This document shows positions 1 to 18,750 of a DNA stretch of 64,000 nt, one piece after another. The stretch lies in NCBI RefSeq assembly GCF_009914755.1, contig NC_060929.1. The stretch is one strand, 5' to 3'. Within the stretch, counting starts at the first letter, position 1. Each line of letters starts with the position of its first letter. A program made the translations under genes and the position numbers. The stretch is from the human T2T-CHM13v2.0 reference genome, Homo sapiens. The notes below the pieces were generated by a model. The model saw nothing but the letters and a program-made list of their open reading frames with translations. It was not told the origin of the DNA and did not search any database.

Positions 1-82
1 TGCTGGGCTGGAACAGCCAAAATCTGTGGGACAATGGCTTTTCCTGATTTCCACCTTCCAAATCTAGCAGGAGTGAACCTAA

Positions 83-505
<423 letters not shown>

Positions 506-639
506 TGATGTGTAGTGCCGGTGAACTATATGCATGCACCACTCTGTATAAATTAGCTAAACAAATTAAGGTGCATTTGCACAGTGGAATGCTTTCCAGC
601 CACTAAAATCAGTATTTTTGTAACCAATAAATACTTTCC

Positions 640-2010
<1,371 letters not shown>

Positions 2011-5000
2011 AAAATTTGCTGAGTGCAGTGGCTTACACCTGTAATCCCAGCACTTTGGGAGGACACGGTGGGAGAATTGCCTGAGCCCAGGAGTTCAAGA
2101 CTGGCCTGGGTAACATGGTGAGACCCCTCATCTCTACAAAAAAAAAAAAAAATTATTAAAAGTTTTTTTTTTTAAAAAAGGGGATCAATGTTGCTCTGAA
2201 ATGAAATAAAATTTGATATGAAAATGTGTCCATTAACTATTCAGTTAGTGAAAGAAGCAGGTAATAAAACATCGATACTAATAAAATGGTTAGTTAGCAC
2301 TTATTGAGTGCTTACAGCATGCTACCCTCTGTGCAAAATGATTTCCCTGGATTATCTCATTTAATTCTGAGAACTACCCTATGAGGTAAATGCTATTATC
2401 CTCAATTTACTGTTAAGGAAACAATGGGCTAGATGGGTTACATAACTTGTCAATAAAATATGGAGCTAGTCTAACTCTGGAACCTGAGTTATATGAAACA
2501 CTACCATATATCACCATTTAGCTTTACTTATATTGTATTTATTTACAGAAGCCTAAAAAGGATATACTCCAAACTGTAAGAGAGAATTTTCTTTGTCATA
2601 TGGAGACTATGGGGGAGGGTGTCACACAAATAAAATTATTTTAATTTTTTACAGTTATCCTGTAATATAGTAAATTAGGTATTTGCATTAATAACAACAA
2701 AAAAAGAGGCAGTAGGACTTTTGATTTCAAAAGGACTGTCCACTTCTAACACTCTGGAATTCCCAAGGCCCCTGACATCTCTGGAGGTTTGGTCAGAGGC
2801 AGAGGCAGAGGCTTGAGGTGGCAGTAGGAGGGTTTCTCAGCTCTCAGGGTAGTGGGTGGTGGGGCGTGGTGAATTTGAGCTTTTGGAGACTCTGGGCTGT
2901 TCTTCTAGCCTTAACCTTCCACCTCCAGCCCTCCTTGCCATCTCAATGGCTTTAGTGGCCTCTCTAATTAGTAGGAACATAGGGAGAGGCACAGCTTTTG
3001 TTTTGGTAAAAAAGAAGTCATATACCCACAAACCAGTGCTTCAATGAGGGTTGTCACCAAATTGGACTCTGGAAGGGGCAGTGACTGAGGAAAGTGTAGG
3101 GGCCAGGCTTGATGTTGGAAGTAGCCTGCCCTAGCAGGCTCAGTCCTTTTACAAAGTTGTAAGATCCAGGGACACGTTCTCAAAGGTGTAAAATGGAGAA
3201 GCCAGGCCAGGTGCGGTGGCTGACGCCTGTAATCCTAGCACTTTGAGAAGCTGAGGTGGGAGAATTGCTTGAGCCCAGGAGTTTGAGACCAGCCTGGATA
3301 ACATAAGTAAGACCCCATCATCTCCATAAAAAAAATTTAAAATTAGCCAGGTGTGATGGCATGCACCTATGGTCCCAGCTATTTGGGAGGTTGAGATAGG
3401 AAGATCACTTGAGCCCAGGAGGTAAAGGATGTAATGAATGAGCCATGATCACACCACTGCACTCCAGCCTGGGTGACAGAGTGGGACCCTGTCTCAAAAC
3501 AAAAACATAACAGAGAAGACAGGCTTTGTTGAGCTCCTACCACGCTGGGTGCTTTATTTGCGTTACTTCCAATGTAGGTACCATCCAGAGCCACATTCCC
3601 CAGATAAGAACAGAGGGAGTAGCCCACCTGGGTTCCCTCTGTGTGATTCCAGGCTGTGCTCCCAGCCTTAACCTTTCACCTCCAGCCATCCTTCAGTAAC
3701 TTCCCTCAGTAAGCTCTCTCCTTACTAAGTCAGGAACCTGTGAGCTGGCATAGGATCAGTGGAGGCCCAGAATGGTTTGGCTTTTCCATGTTTTCTCAGC
3801 TTCCACTCTCAAAAAGGCATCAACAAAGGGACTAGTGACCAGGTGGTCATACTCATTCAAAACTCTGTCTCCAAGGAATGGCTGAGGGAGGGAATTTGGG
3901 ATCTGCCTTGGGAGGTAGAGCAGAAAGGGAGTAGTAGCGAGGACAAAGGGAAAGACCTGCCTCTGAGGAACCACCATAGGGAAGGGCTAGGCTGATGCCC
4001 CACATATCAAGACAAACCCAGCCCCCGTCCAGAGAACTGCCAGGGAGATAGATAAGGGTGGGTTCAACATCAGAACTTCCCCTGACAGAGCTGTCCAGAG
4101 CAGAGCCAGCAGCTCGCAGTGCTCCCTTTCAGGGTCAGGGCTGCTGTGCAGGTGAAGGAAGGCTCACGGACCACCCATCAGAAGGAGGGCATGGGGACAT
4201 CTGTTCCTAAGATCCAACAATGATAATAACAATAGCGAAACTGAGCTCCTTCTATGTGCACGCGTCATCTCACTTCACCCTAAGAAGGTATTACTCTCAC
4301 CTTACAGGTGTGAAAACCGAGGTCCTGGACAGTTCTATTTATTTATTTTTCAGAGATGGTGTCTTGCTCTGTCACACAGGCTGGAGTGCAGTGGTGTGAT
4401 CATACTTCACTGCAGCCGTGACTTCCTGGGCTCAAGTATTCCTCCTGCCTCAGCCTCCCTAGCAGCTGAGACTATAGGCACCTACCACCATGCCCAGCTA
4501 ATTTGTCCTGGACAGTTAAGCTATTTGCTCAAGCTCACACATCTGGTAAACAGTCTGTTTATCTGCAGAGCCAGCATTCTTATGCAACATACAGCCTACT
4601 TCTAGGCATCCGGGGATTTAGATCCTTGGAGCCCATGATAAACAGACCAATGGGAGGTGACATCCTTATTTTTAGAGGCTTTGATTTTATTGCAAGGCCC
4701 TAGTCAGCAGTCATGAGATTTACCTAGGGACATGAAGACTTTCCTTCTCCGAAGAAGCAGATTAGAAAACTTGTCTTCTTAAACTAAGTGGCCACAGCCC
4801 TTGAAGACATGGAAATCTAAAAGAAGCTCTGATGGGCACTCCCAAGAAATTACAGACTTGGGTCTTTTAGAGACTGGCACTAATTAAAGGCGAAAGTCAT
4901 GGAGAGGGCGGTGACCTGAACAACCATTCACCTCCCACATGGCACAATCTTGAGGTTCCATTTTACTTTTCTTAATCTGCCAGGGTTGAAAGAATCTAGA

Positions 5001-5275
5001 TCTGAAATTTTTCAGACTTCAGTTTTCAAACTTCAAGTCGTATAATTGTGACTTTTTGGCCAAACAGAAAGTTTTATTTGTGGAATGTCATTATCAAGAA
5101 TGAGGCACATGAAGATCTTTAATTCTCACCATGGTCAGAGTACTGTTATGACCTCCATTTTCCAGATAAGGAAACTGAGTTGCACAAAAGAATCAGGAAC
5201 TTTCCCAAGGTCACACAGTTTTTAAGTGGTGAAGGAATTTAAATCCGGATCTGCTGAAGTCCAGAACGTGGCTTA

Positions 5276-5470
<195 letters not shown>

Positions 5471-5629
5471 CTAAAAAATAAAAACAAATTAAAAGATACA
5501 AATAAAATGATGAGTTAAGCTGCCTCAGTTTGGGTTTGGGTGTGTTGGTTTGGAAGAGGCCAGCTCATTGAGACTTCCCCTTGTGCCCTGTAGGTCCCTT
5601 GGAAAGCTTGATAGCACCAGAGCAGTTAA

Positions 5630-5952
5630 AAAAACTGGAAACAAATGTCCTTCAACAGAGGAATGAATCACACCTTCTGGTATATTCATTCAACGGAATA
5701 CTTACTACTCAGTGATAAAAAGATAACATTTCAAAATAATTATGCTGAATGAAAAAGCTAGACAAAAATGGAGCATACCGTGTGATTGCATTTATATAAA
5801 ACTCTAGAAAATGCAAACTAATCAATAGTGACAGTAAGCAGATCAGTGCTTACTTGGGGGCAAGGAGAGGGTGGGAGGGATTACCAAGAGGTGCCAGGAA
5901 ACTTTTTAGGTGATTAATATGGTCACTATCTTGATTGTGGTGATGGTTTCAT

Positions 5953-5986
<34 letters not shown>

Positions 5987-6105
5987 GATATGTATGTATC
6001 TTAATTATACACTTTATTCTTTAGGTAGGAGATAGCAAAAAAAAAGTTTACACTTTAAATATGTGCAGTTTATTGAATGAAATTACACCTCAAAAAAGCA
6101 GTTAA
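5630..6105 (+). mobile_element. Old L1M 3' fragment containing a (TG)n microsatellite (~5955-5984)
   Basis: AAAACTGGAAACAAATGTCC...TCTAGAAAATGCAAACTAATC...CTTGATTGTGGTGATGGTTTCA. Confidence 0.6.
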
Positions 6106-6187
6106 AAAAAAACTTCAGCTGGGTGTGGTGGCTCATGCCTGTAATCCCAATACTTTGGGAGGCTGAGGTGGGCAGATCGCTTGATCA

Positions 6188-6465
<278 letters not shown>

Positions 6466-7784
6466 TCAAAATTCAAAAGATTTGCTCAAGCTCACTCAGC
6501 ACGCTGATGGGGAGCCAGGCCAGGCCAGAGCTCCCCCTGTGGCTCACACCACTGTGAGGAAGGAAGCCTCCCCCACATACAGCCCCCAGGCTTCACCCTG
6601 TACTGAGGGCCAGGTGGTTTCTCTCCAGTCATGGTAATGTGGGTACTGGACAAGCCCGGGCTCTGGCCACCAGGCAAATGGGTAGGTCAACAAGGCAAAG
6701 TTGGTGGGAGCTTCACCCCATCAAGCCCAGAAACAAGGGCTGGTTACTGGGAACACCCTAGGGTAGGCTGTACTCACAACCAGGAATCTTTGACAAAAAT
6801 ATAAACCTGCTAGAAAGATTAGAAGAGACAATCTCTTCCTTTGTCAAATTATCTGGACCAACACCTACTGAGCATCTACCATGTGTGAGGGTCTGTCCTA
6901 GCTCACTATCTTATGCAGTCTAGGTAAGGATGGAATGAGATAAATGCAAGGGCATGACACACTAAATAGGCATCCCCCAAATAGTAGCCATTACTCATCT
7001 ATCAAATATCCCCTAAGTCCTTGCTCTGTGTGCAGAGGGAACAGATACTTGGGCTGATCCTCGAGGCCAGGAAAGATACGTGGACAGAAAGCTTTGCCAC
7101 AACACTGAAATTTGTGAGATAAATGCTTTGAGGGCCAAGAGGAGAAATAAATTACTTCCAGCTGTGGAGAGGTTTCATGGAGGCTGTGGTATGCAAGGGA
7201 GGGAAAGGAATTTGTATATGGAGACAAGGGAGGCTGGTGGAGGAGATCATTCCGCTTACAGGGGGCAGCATGAATAAAAGCAAGGCACCTGAGGAGCGGG
7301 CTGGCTGGCTGCAGCGAGGAGTGAGAAAGCCTGGAAGGGTGGGCTGGGGCCAAGTGCACAGGGAAGCCTCAGAGAAATATGTGGCCACGTCTGCTCCCCA
7401 CCCCCACCCCTGCAGAAGCCTGAGCTCCGCTGTGTGATTCATTCATTCCGTGGACAGCCAGCTGGGCTGATGGCAGGCGTGGGAGCTTCCCTAATGCCTC
7501 TGTGGCCTTGGAAGAACAGAGCCAAGTGCCTCAGCTAGAAACTTGGATTTCAGCTGGGGGTGGTGGTATAGAGAGAACTCAAAGGAAATGAACCCCTCTG
7601 AGAAGCACTCACTCTAAGAGACACCAGTGTCTCAACTCTTGGGCGTTCCCAGTGGGCCAGCCAGACCTCCTAGGGCAACTGAAAATGGAAAAAATCCTCA
7701 AGTTTGTTCTCTCAGAGCCCAGAGAAACTTTTTTTTAGAAGAAACTGTCTTAAACGTCTCTGTGGATGGTCAAGTCCAGGAGAC

Positions 7785-7799
7785 ACTGCCATCTGGTGG
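7785..7799 (-). promoter_or_regulatory. Candidate CTCF site ~2 kb downstream of ATOX1
   Basis: Minus strand reads CCACCAGATGGCAGT, matching the CCASYAGRKGGCRS core. Confidence 0.55.
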
Positions 7800-9078
7800 T
7801 CAAGAAACACATTTACCTGGTGGGCTGGGAAGGAGTCCCTGCACCCCGGAGGGGCCACGAAGGCAGAAATGGCCCTGAGATTTGTTTAGTACTTTCATAA
7901 TGGGATAGAAAGGGATGGAAATTATGCTTGCAACCAGTTTAGAGTTGAAATAAAGTGTTATTTCTGGCTACTCAGTTCCCCGAGGTGCAGCAATTATGCA
8001 TTGGGCAGATGAGGAAACTGTCCATGAGATAGATGAGGTGGCTGCTTCCATGTCTGAGCTGGTCAAATGCAGAGCCAGATCTTATTCCAGTCTCCAGCAG
8101 CCCTGGGTCCCCAGTAAGTGCCCAATAAATGGCTAAAGTGGTGATTCTCAACATGTGACCCCCAAGAGCCTTTCAGAAGGCACATGAGGTTCAATTTAAA
8201 AGCTTCTGTAAGATGCCTTTTCCTCCTTAACAATTGTACGGTAAAGTTTTCTAGAGTCTAAAGGAATGCAGTGACTTCATCTAGTCCTAATGACTAATGG
8301 GATGTGTGCCTGGGTATTTTTGTTTTAAAAATTCCTGTTTTAATTTCTAATGTAGTATAACCCACATAACCAAAACTGTTTGATAATAATTTTTAAATTT
8401 TTTTTGAGACAGAGTTTCACTCTTTCACCCAGGCTGCAGTGAAGTGGTGCAATCTTGGCTCACTGCAACCTCCACCCCCCGGGTTCAAGCGATTCTCCTG
8501 CCTCAGCCTCCCGAGTACATGGGATTACAGGCATGTGCCACCACGCCCGACTAACTTTTGTATTTTTAGTAGAGACGGGGTTTCACCATGTTGGCCAGGC
8601 TGGTCCCAAACTCTTGACTTCAGGTAATCCACCTGCCTCGGCCTCCCAAAGTGCTAGGATTACAGACGTGAGCCACTGCACCCAGCCGAGATCCTCAAAA
8701 ATTTTTAAGAGTATATAAGATCTACTCAGGAGGCTGAAGCAGGAGGATTACTTGATCCCGGAAGTTAGAGGTTACAGTGAGCTATGATCATGCCACTGCA
8801 TTCCAACCTGACTAGTCTCAGCCTGACTTAGCCTGACTGGAATTCAAATGGCCATTTTGACAGATTTTTGACTAATGAAATATTTTAAAAATGAGTGGCA
8901 GCCAGGTGCAGTGGCTCATGCCTGTAATCCCAGAACTTTCGGAGGCTGAGGCAGGTGGATCACCTGAGGGCAGGAGTTCAAGCCCCTTTGGGAGGCCAAG
9001 GCAGGAGGATTGCTTGAGCTCAGCAGTTCAAGACCAACCTGGGCAACATAGCAAAACCCCATTTCTAGAAAAAAACTA

Positions 9079-9324
<246 letters not shown>

Positions 9325-9789
9325 TTACATGTTTCATTTCATTTAATCCCCACAACCACCATTTGCAGTAGATGCTATCATCACATTTTGTCTGTGGACA
9401 CTGAGAGGTTAAGTGGCCCAGCTAGGAGGTACTGGAGCTTGAACTCTATCCCAGGCAGTTTGTCTCCACAGCCTCTTCCTACTATTCCACTTGCTTAACA
9501 TTTGATAATCTCTTGTGCAATTCACTTGATAGACAAATTTTTTCAAAATATAGAGTCTATGAAACTGGTGAAAAGAAAGGGGATCACTGTTCTGGGTCAA
9601 TGCCTCCACTTTATAGGTGAGGAAAAAATGAGGCCCAGAGAGGGGAAGTGATTTGCTAAAGATCACACAGCAAAGAATCAGAATCTACAGGGTGTCTGAC
9701 TCCCAGGTGGGAACTCTCAAAACTCCAACCCAAGTAAGCATAACCACCTACATGTGAGCAAGCAACACCAAGACCAGGCAAGACAACAT

Positions 9790-9928
9790 CTCCAACAAAA
9801 GCAGCTTGATTTTATTGCAGGGAAGCTAGGAAGGAATAGGACAACTGAGGGTCTCCGCAGGAACACCATCACCCGGCATGACTGCCAAGTCCCAGGTCTG
9901 TCTGGAAGCCAGCGGGAGGATCAGCATC
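9790..9928 (-). other. ATOX1: ATOX1 terminal exon 4 (3'UTR only)
   Basis: Minus-strand CATCTTTCCTAG|GATGCTGATCC acceptor and AATAAA at 9811-9816; agrees with my recollection of the ATOX1 3'UTR. 3' end approximate. Confidence 0.85.
9811..9816 (-). terminator. ATOX1: ATOX1 polyadenylation signal AATAAA
   Basis: TTTATT on the plus strand, about 20 nt before the inferred cleavage site. Confidence 0.85.
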
Positions 9929-10519
9929 CTAGGAAAGATGGAAAGTTAGATGGAACAAAGGTGCCATCTGGTGTGGACATAGCGACATTGCAAAGGCAAT
10001 AAATGCACTAAGAGACAGGGGTGACGCAGGGGTGCACTAAGAGTCTTGCACTAAAAGGCAGGGGTGAGGTGGAAAACGCAGGGTGCAGATGCAGGAGCAG
10101 GACTAGAGCCCCAGTGTCCAGCCCTGCACACTGCTCCCATGAAGTCTGTTATACTTAGGTTGGCTGGAACGCATTAACCTTGCTAAGCCAATCACTGCCA
10201 AAGCCCTCTTCTGGGGAATTTCCAGGGCTGCCAGGATACCCAGTCAACAGCACTCTCTATCCTGTTACAGGTTGGAAAGGCAATGAACAAAATCATGGCA
10301 AATAAATCTGCCAAGAGTCAGATGATCAAGGTGACTTCAAAACCAATAAACACTCTATCTTTGAGGTTCCCAAGCCTGGCTTCAAATCAGTCACTGAGGA
10401 GCCTCTTAAAACAGACTTCAAAGACATGCTGCCTGAGCATGTGGACTAAAGCTGGCTTATTGGGTGATTCTTACTGAGTACTGTGCATCTGAATTTCCAG
10501 GAGCCTTTCCAAACAATAC

Positions 10520-11430
10520 ATGGTTACTGAAATATGTACAGGTAAGATTGCATGATGTCTAGAATTTGCTTCAAAATAATCTGGGCAGGAGGGAGTGGGC
10601 ATGATGTCTAGAATTTGCTTCAAAATAATCTGGGTGTTTCATCACCCAGATGAAACAATGAGGACAGTGGAGTTTCTAATCCAAGATGTGTGCATTAGGG
10701 CTCCCCCACATGGATACAGATAGCTCCAGAAGAGTTTTTTTCCTTCTCTTCCTTAATTCCTTCTTGTCACAGAGCACTTTTATCAAAAAATAACAGGCCT
10801 TGGTGAAATAAATACTAACTGTTGGATCTGAGTGACGGGTACTTGGGGATTCATTCTATTACTCTACTTACACATGTTTGAAACTTCCTATCATAAAAAA
10901 TCTAAAGTAGATTAAAAGTACCATGAAAATTATTAAGTATTGGAAGGAATGATTTACAACACATGCTATGACTTGAATGAATCTTGAAAACATTATGCTA
11001 CATGGAAAAAGGCAGACACAAAAAGGTCACATATAATGTAATTCTTTTTATATGACATGTCCAGGGTAGGCAAATCCAGAGTAGCAGAAAGCAAATTAGT
11101 GGCTGCCAGGGGATGGAGAGATGGGTAGTGGGGAGTGACTTCTTAATGGATACAGGGTGTGTTTCTGAGATGATGAAAAAATTTTGAAACTAGAGAGAGA
11201 TGGTGGTCATACAACATTGTGAACACACCAAATGCCACTAAATGATAGACTTTAACCCATTTATGCCTAGTGTTCCATTATTGGAACGCTAAGCTTGCAG
11301 GAGTTATTTATATCCTACTGTTCAAGGTCATCACCAAGGTTTGATTTTTCACATAAAAAACTTTGCAATATTCAGCATAAATGGGTTAAAATAGTTATTA
11401 TGTCTTGTGAATTTCATCTCAATAAAATAA
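10520..11430 (+). mobile_element. Old L1M 3' fragments hosting the complex insertion and MER85
   Basis: ATGATGTCTAGAATTTGCTTCAAAATAAT...GTGACGGGTACTTGGGGATTCATT and CTTGAAAACATTATGCTA...ACAACATTGTGAA. Confidence 0.6.
11256..11385 (+). mobile_element. MER85 (non-autonomous piggyBac/PGBD3-derived element) in ATOX1 intron 3
   Basis: TTAA TSDs at 11252-11255 and 11386-11389; TIRs CCCATTTATGC...GCATAAATGGG; internal palindrome GTTCCATTATTGGAAC at 11272-11287. Confidence 0.9.
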
Positions 11431-13293
11431 CATGAGAAAACATGTTTTCTATGAGAAAAACACATTAAGCTACACATGGTTTACATCCAACAGATATTAC
11501 TTTTTTAGTTAAAAAAGTTCGTATGCCCAGGCCTGGAGTTTCTAATCCAAGATGTGTGCATTAGGGCTCCCCATGTATATAGCTAGTTCAGGAAGAGTAT
11601 TTTTTTCCTTCTCTGCCTCCATTCCTTCTTGTTACAGAGCGTTTTTATAAAATACAGTCTTACGGGAAGCCCAATATGACACAGGACCGTTTGGGAGCTA
11701 TGGAGGGTCCAAAGCCCCATCCACTCACCCTCCCTACAAAACCCTAGGGGTGGAGGAATGATGTAAGAAACACTGTTCTTCAACATGCTGGAAACCGCTG
11801 ATGTTTTACTTCCCTAGAGGATAAACTTTCATATGTGGAGAGATTGCACAGCAGTCCCCACAAGGCAGGAAAGCAGGTTGGAGGTTTTAGCCCCATTTTA
11901 CCGATGGGAAGACCAAATCTCTGTAATGTAAAAAGTCCCCAAAGTCAGTGTGAAATGAGGAAAGTTGGAATTAGAATCCTAGATTCCTCATTATTCATCC
12001 TGGGTTCATTCCTGAATATGGGTTCTATCTATGGATGGAAAGTGCATGACGAAAACAGATGCATCTGACATCTTGTAACTTGCATGTGATGTTACCACAT
12101 ACACAGAACACTGCTATGACTCAGGTTCCAAATGTATGCCTTTGGGAAGGAGGCTATCCTCAAAGAGGACCTACCAGTCAGTGTGGCTAGCCTCTGTCCA
12201 GGGGGTCTCTGTGGGCCCATTCACAGGGACAATGCCACCAGTAACAGTTACAGAACTCCGATTCAGGATATCTGACTTTCTTCCTGCCTCTGCTACTCAC
12301 CAGGGTGGGACTCTGGTTGAATCACTTCCCCTCTCTTGGCCTCATTTTTCTCAGTCACGTCAGGGCACCAAACCACATCAGAGGTGTGGCGATCATTGTA
12401 ATTCACGAGTCAAATGCACTACATGGGCAGTGGCAGCCAGGAGTGCCCTGCTGAGACTGTGGCTGGATCAATGAGTAAGGTCTGCCTGGTTCCAGAGCGA
12501 AGAGTGCTGGCACAGTGCCCCTTACTGCATCACTGGATTACATAAAAGTGAAGGGAACATCTAGCTCAAACATGCTATTGTTTTTGTACCAGTCTGGACA
12601 GAGGGCATGCTCAGGAAGCTGACAACAGTTTCAAGTAGAGAGAGCGGCACAGTCTGAATTAACTCACTTGGTCAGGGCACAGGAGAACAAGGCCCAAGGC
12701 ACAAGTGTCAACTCTGATGAGATAGTCAGTTTATCAAAGCCAGAGCCATGTGTGGTGATAGGTGCCTATAGTTCCAGTTACTTAGAAGGCTGAGGCAGGA
12801 GCATCACTTGAGCCCAGGAGTTAAAGGCTATAGTGCACTATGATCACACCTATGAAGAGTTACTACCCTCCAGCCTGGGCCATATAGTGAAACACTGTCT
12901 CAAACCAATGAACAAATAAAGAAGTCAAAGGTGCACTGCTTAGGGTCACATACTGTAAACTTAAACCCTGCTAACCATGAACTGCAACCCTCAAGTCTGA
13001 AAGAGGACTCTGGGAGACATTACACAGTGCTCTGTCCACTCACAGGGTCTGTAAGAATTCCCTGAACTTGTGATTTGCATTAGACAATAATAAAATATTT
13101 GTAACCACTCCAAAGAAGGTGGACAGTGGATTGAAAAGAACCCAGAGGGCTCTCCCGCTCCACTCAAGCTCTCAAAGGCCAAGGTGTTCGCTCTGATGAG
13201 AGGTGTGAGCTGTAGGTTTGTTCAGCAAGTGCTGGGGCCTTACCCACCTGCCCCCTTTGGTCCATCCTGTGGGCTGTGGGGACCAGGCCCCTG

Positions 13294-13418
13294 CTACTCA
13301 AGGCCAAGGTAGGAAACAGTCTTTCCTGTTTTCTTCAGGGTTGCAAGCAGAGTGTCCATGCTGTGCTCAGATTCAATGCAGACCTTCTTGTTGGGCAGGT
13401 CAATGTCATACTTAACTC
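13294..13418 (-). CDS. ATOX1: ATOX1 coding exon 3 (GVKYDIDLPNKKVCIESEHSMDTLLATLKKTGKTVSYLGLE*)
   Basis: C-terminus of ORF 13294..13548 matches human ATOX1. CTTCCTGCAG acceptor; TAG at 13294-13296. Exon continues as 3'UTR to a donor after 13248. Three exons total 207 nt. Confidence 0.97.
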
Positions 13419-13534
13419 CTGCAGGAAGAGGAAATGGGGTATGGGGAGAGGAAGCACAGACCCTCCCAGTTACAGCAAGAAAGAGTTCAGGCTCTAAATT
13501 ACTACTCACAACCACCCTTGCCCTTTCCTCTAGA

Positions 13535-13703
13535 GCAGGGATCGGCAAACTTCTTCTGTAACAGGCCAGAAAGCAAATGTTTTAGGCATTGTGGGTCACA
13601 TATAGACTCTGTTGTATATTCTGTGTATTTTTTTTATAACTCTATTCCTGAACATACAAAAACAGGCTGTGAGCAGGATTTGGCCCATGTGCTGATCTCT
13701 GTT
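13535..13703 (+). mobile_element. MER58-like hAT-Charlie element
   Basis: CAGGGATCGGCAAACTT...CAGGCCAGAAAGCAAATGTTTTAGGC...GATTTGGCCCA resembles the MER58A consensus. Confidence 0.65.
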
Positions 13704-13712
13704 CTATACTAG

Positions 13713-18250
<4,538 letters not shown>

Positions 18251-18674
18251 TTCAATAGAAAATGACACTCAGATGTGTCATGCAGTACACACTGGAGATG
18301 ACCAACATATTAACTAGTACTGCCATGGCTCCAGAGCTACTCCTGGCAGTACTAGTTAATTTGGCTAAATCCCAGCTCTGCCATTTACTGACCATGTGAT
18401 CCCAGATAAGTTATTTAATGTTTCTGAACTTCAGCTGTCTCCTGTTTAACATGGAGCTAGTAAAAAAAAAACTATCTGAAATGGCCGTGGTGAGGATTAA
18501 ATGATGTGATTCACATAAGCCACTAAGAAAATAACAAGAGTAGTTGGCACGTGCTAAGTACTCAATATATTTTAGTTTTACTGTTATGATCAGCTTAACC
18601 CTAAGTCTCTCCTGCAACATCTGCATGCATCTGAACATGGCATAAGTGCACCCAACTCAGGGCCACTCACTCAC

Positions 18675-18750
18675 CTCCAAGCTTATTGAGGACCCGAGAG
18701 ACAGCTTCAGCACAGCCTCCACAGGTCATGTCCACAGAGAACTCGTGCTT
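18675..18750 (-). CDS. ATOX1: ATOX1 coding exon 2 (KHEFSVDMTCGGCAEAVSRVLNKLG), carrying the MxCxxC copper-binding motif
   Basis: Minus-strand TTTGTTTCAG acceptor, 76-nt exon, G|GTGAGT donor. Translation gives MTCGGC, the HMA/Atx1 motif. Absent from the ORF track because it is short. Confidence 0.97.

Noticed and set aside
10550-10634. 36-bp direct repeats as a CRISPR-like array
   Set aside because: Only two copies with a 13-bp spacer, inside an L1 fragment of a mammalian genome, with no cas genes.
13419-13548. N-terminal extension of the 84-aa ATOX1-like ORF
   Set aside because: Intronic read-through upstream of a clear acceptor; the true N-terminus comes from exons 1 and 2.
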